From Vicugna vicugna (lineage: Eukaryota), in assembly GCA_013265495.1 (NCBI GenBank), contig MU058233.1, positions 159,038-221,037 on the forward strand: 62,000 nucleotides of DNA. Reading direction: 5' to 3'. The notes under the pieces are model-generated. The model saw only the letters and a list, made by a program, of their open reading frames with translations, made no database searches and was not told the origin of the DNA. Each line of letters begins with the position of its first letter. The stretch's first letter is position 1. The position numbers and the translations under genes were made by a program. Of this stretch, positions 61,151 through 62,000 are shown piece after piece.

Positions 61151-62000
61151 AGGCAGTAGACGGTGGTGGTCAGTCGTGATGGCTCGGTTCAGACCCAGTG
61201 TTCCAGCTTGTCCCTTCTCTTAGCCTTCCGCTGCCCCTGGTTTTGGGTTCTTGTGGCAGGAACGGCGGGTGGCCTTGACTGGCTGGGGCCCGCGTGCACA
61301 TGGTGCTCCAGCTCTCTCCCCTCCCCGCAGGGCAGGAGTGGGGAGCAGCCCGGCCGGGTGGCTTGGCTTCCATTCCCCGTGGGTTCAACCCCCCAGCTGG
61401 CAGGCTGGCCGGCTGTTGGCAGGCGAGCCCAGTGCTCAGCTGTGTGAGTGTCCTGGTGACGGGGGTGGGGGTGCTGGGGGGTTTGGCGCTTGGGGCCTGG
61501 TCTCCCTGGAGCAGGTGAGCTGTGCGAGACAGCATCTCTTACAGCAGAACCTTGTCAGCAGCTCACTGTTATTTCACACCATCTGGTGGTCTCCCGGGTT
61601 GGCCCTGGCCAGCGAGGGGACTGCACTGGCTGTGACCACCGGGAGGTGGCGGTGTTGGGATGTTTTATCCAAACAATTTTTTCCTGTTATATCTTCAGAC
61701 TAGCTTATATGTGTGCGGGCTGTTGGTTTCTGTGAGTCAAGTTGGTTCCAAGACACTTTACTGAGTTATCTCATCTTCATAGCAGTTTTTCCGTTCTTTC
61801 TCGTGCTTTTTCCTACTTCAATAGCCACTGTGTGACATTTCTCAGCGTCCCGTTATGAAAACATTCAGACGTGCAGAAAAGTCAGAGAACCTTACGATGA
61901 ACGCCACATACTCACACCTGCACTCCAGTTGCTCCTGCTTGGCTTTATCACGTGCCTACCCAGCGTGGCGAGCAGTTTAAATCATGAGCAGAAGAAGTCT

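Larger units (their letters stand above)
21290..62000 (+). other. EP400: EP400 gene, 5' portion (continues past the window end)
   Basis: In-frame exon chain from MHHGGGPQ through the HSA domain to EEETIEEEE...LSDLAKE; lies directly downstream of PUS1 as in other mammals. Confidence 0.96.

Overview
Mammalian (eukaryotic) genomic DNA, most likely camelid judging from its tRNA-derived Vic-1-like SINEs. It contains two + strand genes. (1) PUS1 (TruA-family pseudouridine synthase 1) is complete: six coding exons from 3640 to 14326 splice in frame to a 433-aa mitochondrial form, with a 400-aa form from the second ATG at 4028. (2) EP400 (p400, SWR1-type remodeler of NuA4/TIP60) is present as its 5' portion: CpG-island promoter and non-coding exon 1 near 21.3 kb, then 11 constitutive coding exons plus one cassette exon from 36732 to 59308 (about 930 codons, including the HSA domain), continuing beyond the window. 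The rest is intronic or intergenic, with L1, L2, MIR, SINE and DNA-transposon remnants, a G-rich VNTR spanning a 60-N gap, and microsatellites. I see no prokaryote-type or wholly novel system. The best candidates for undescribed biology are regulatory: an array of six DR1 nuclear-receptor elements in the PUS1 promoter, a perfect-Kozak in-frame ATG in PUS1 intron 1, an EP400 cassette exon that could act as a recursive splice site and as an intronic terminal exon giving an EP400NL-like short protein, and several unusual retro-insertions. Exon boundaries were read by hand from GT/AG sites and frame continuity. Repeat family names and comparisons with human proteins come from recall, not from searches, and repeat boundaries are approximate.
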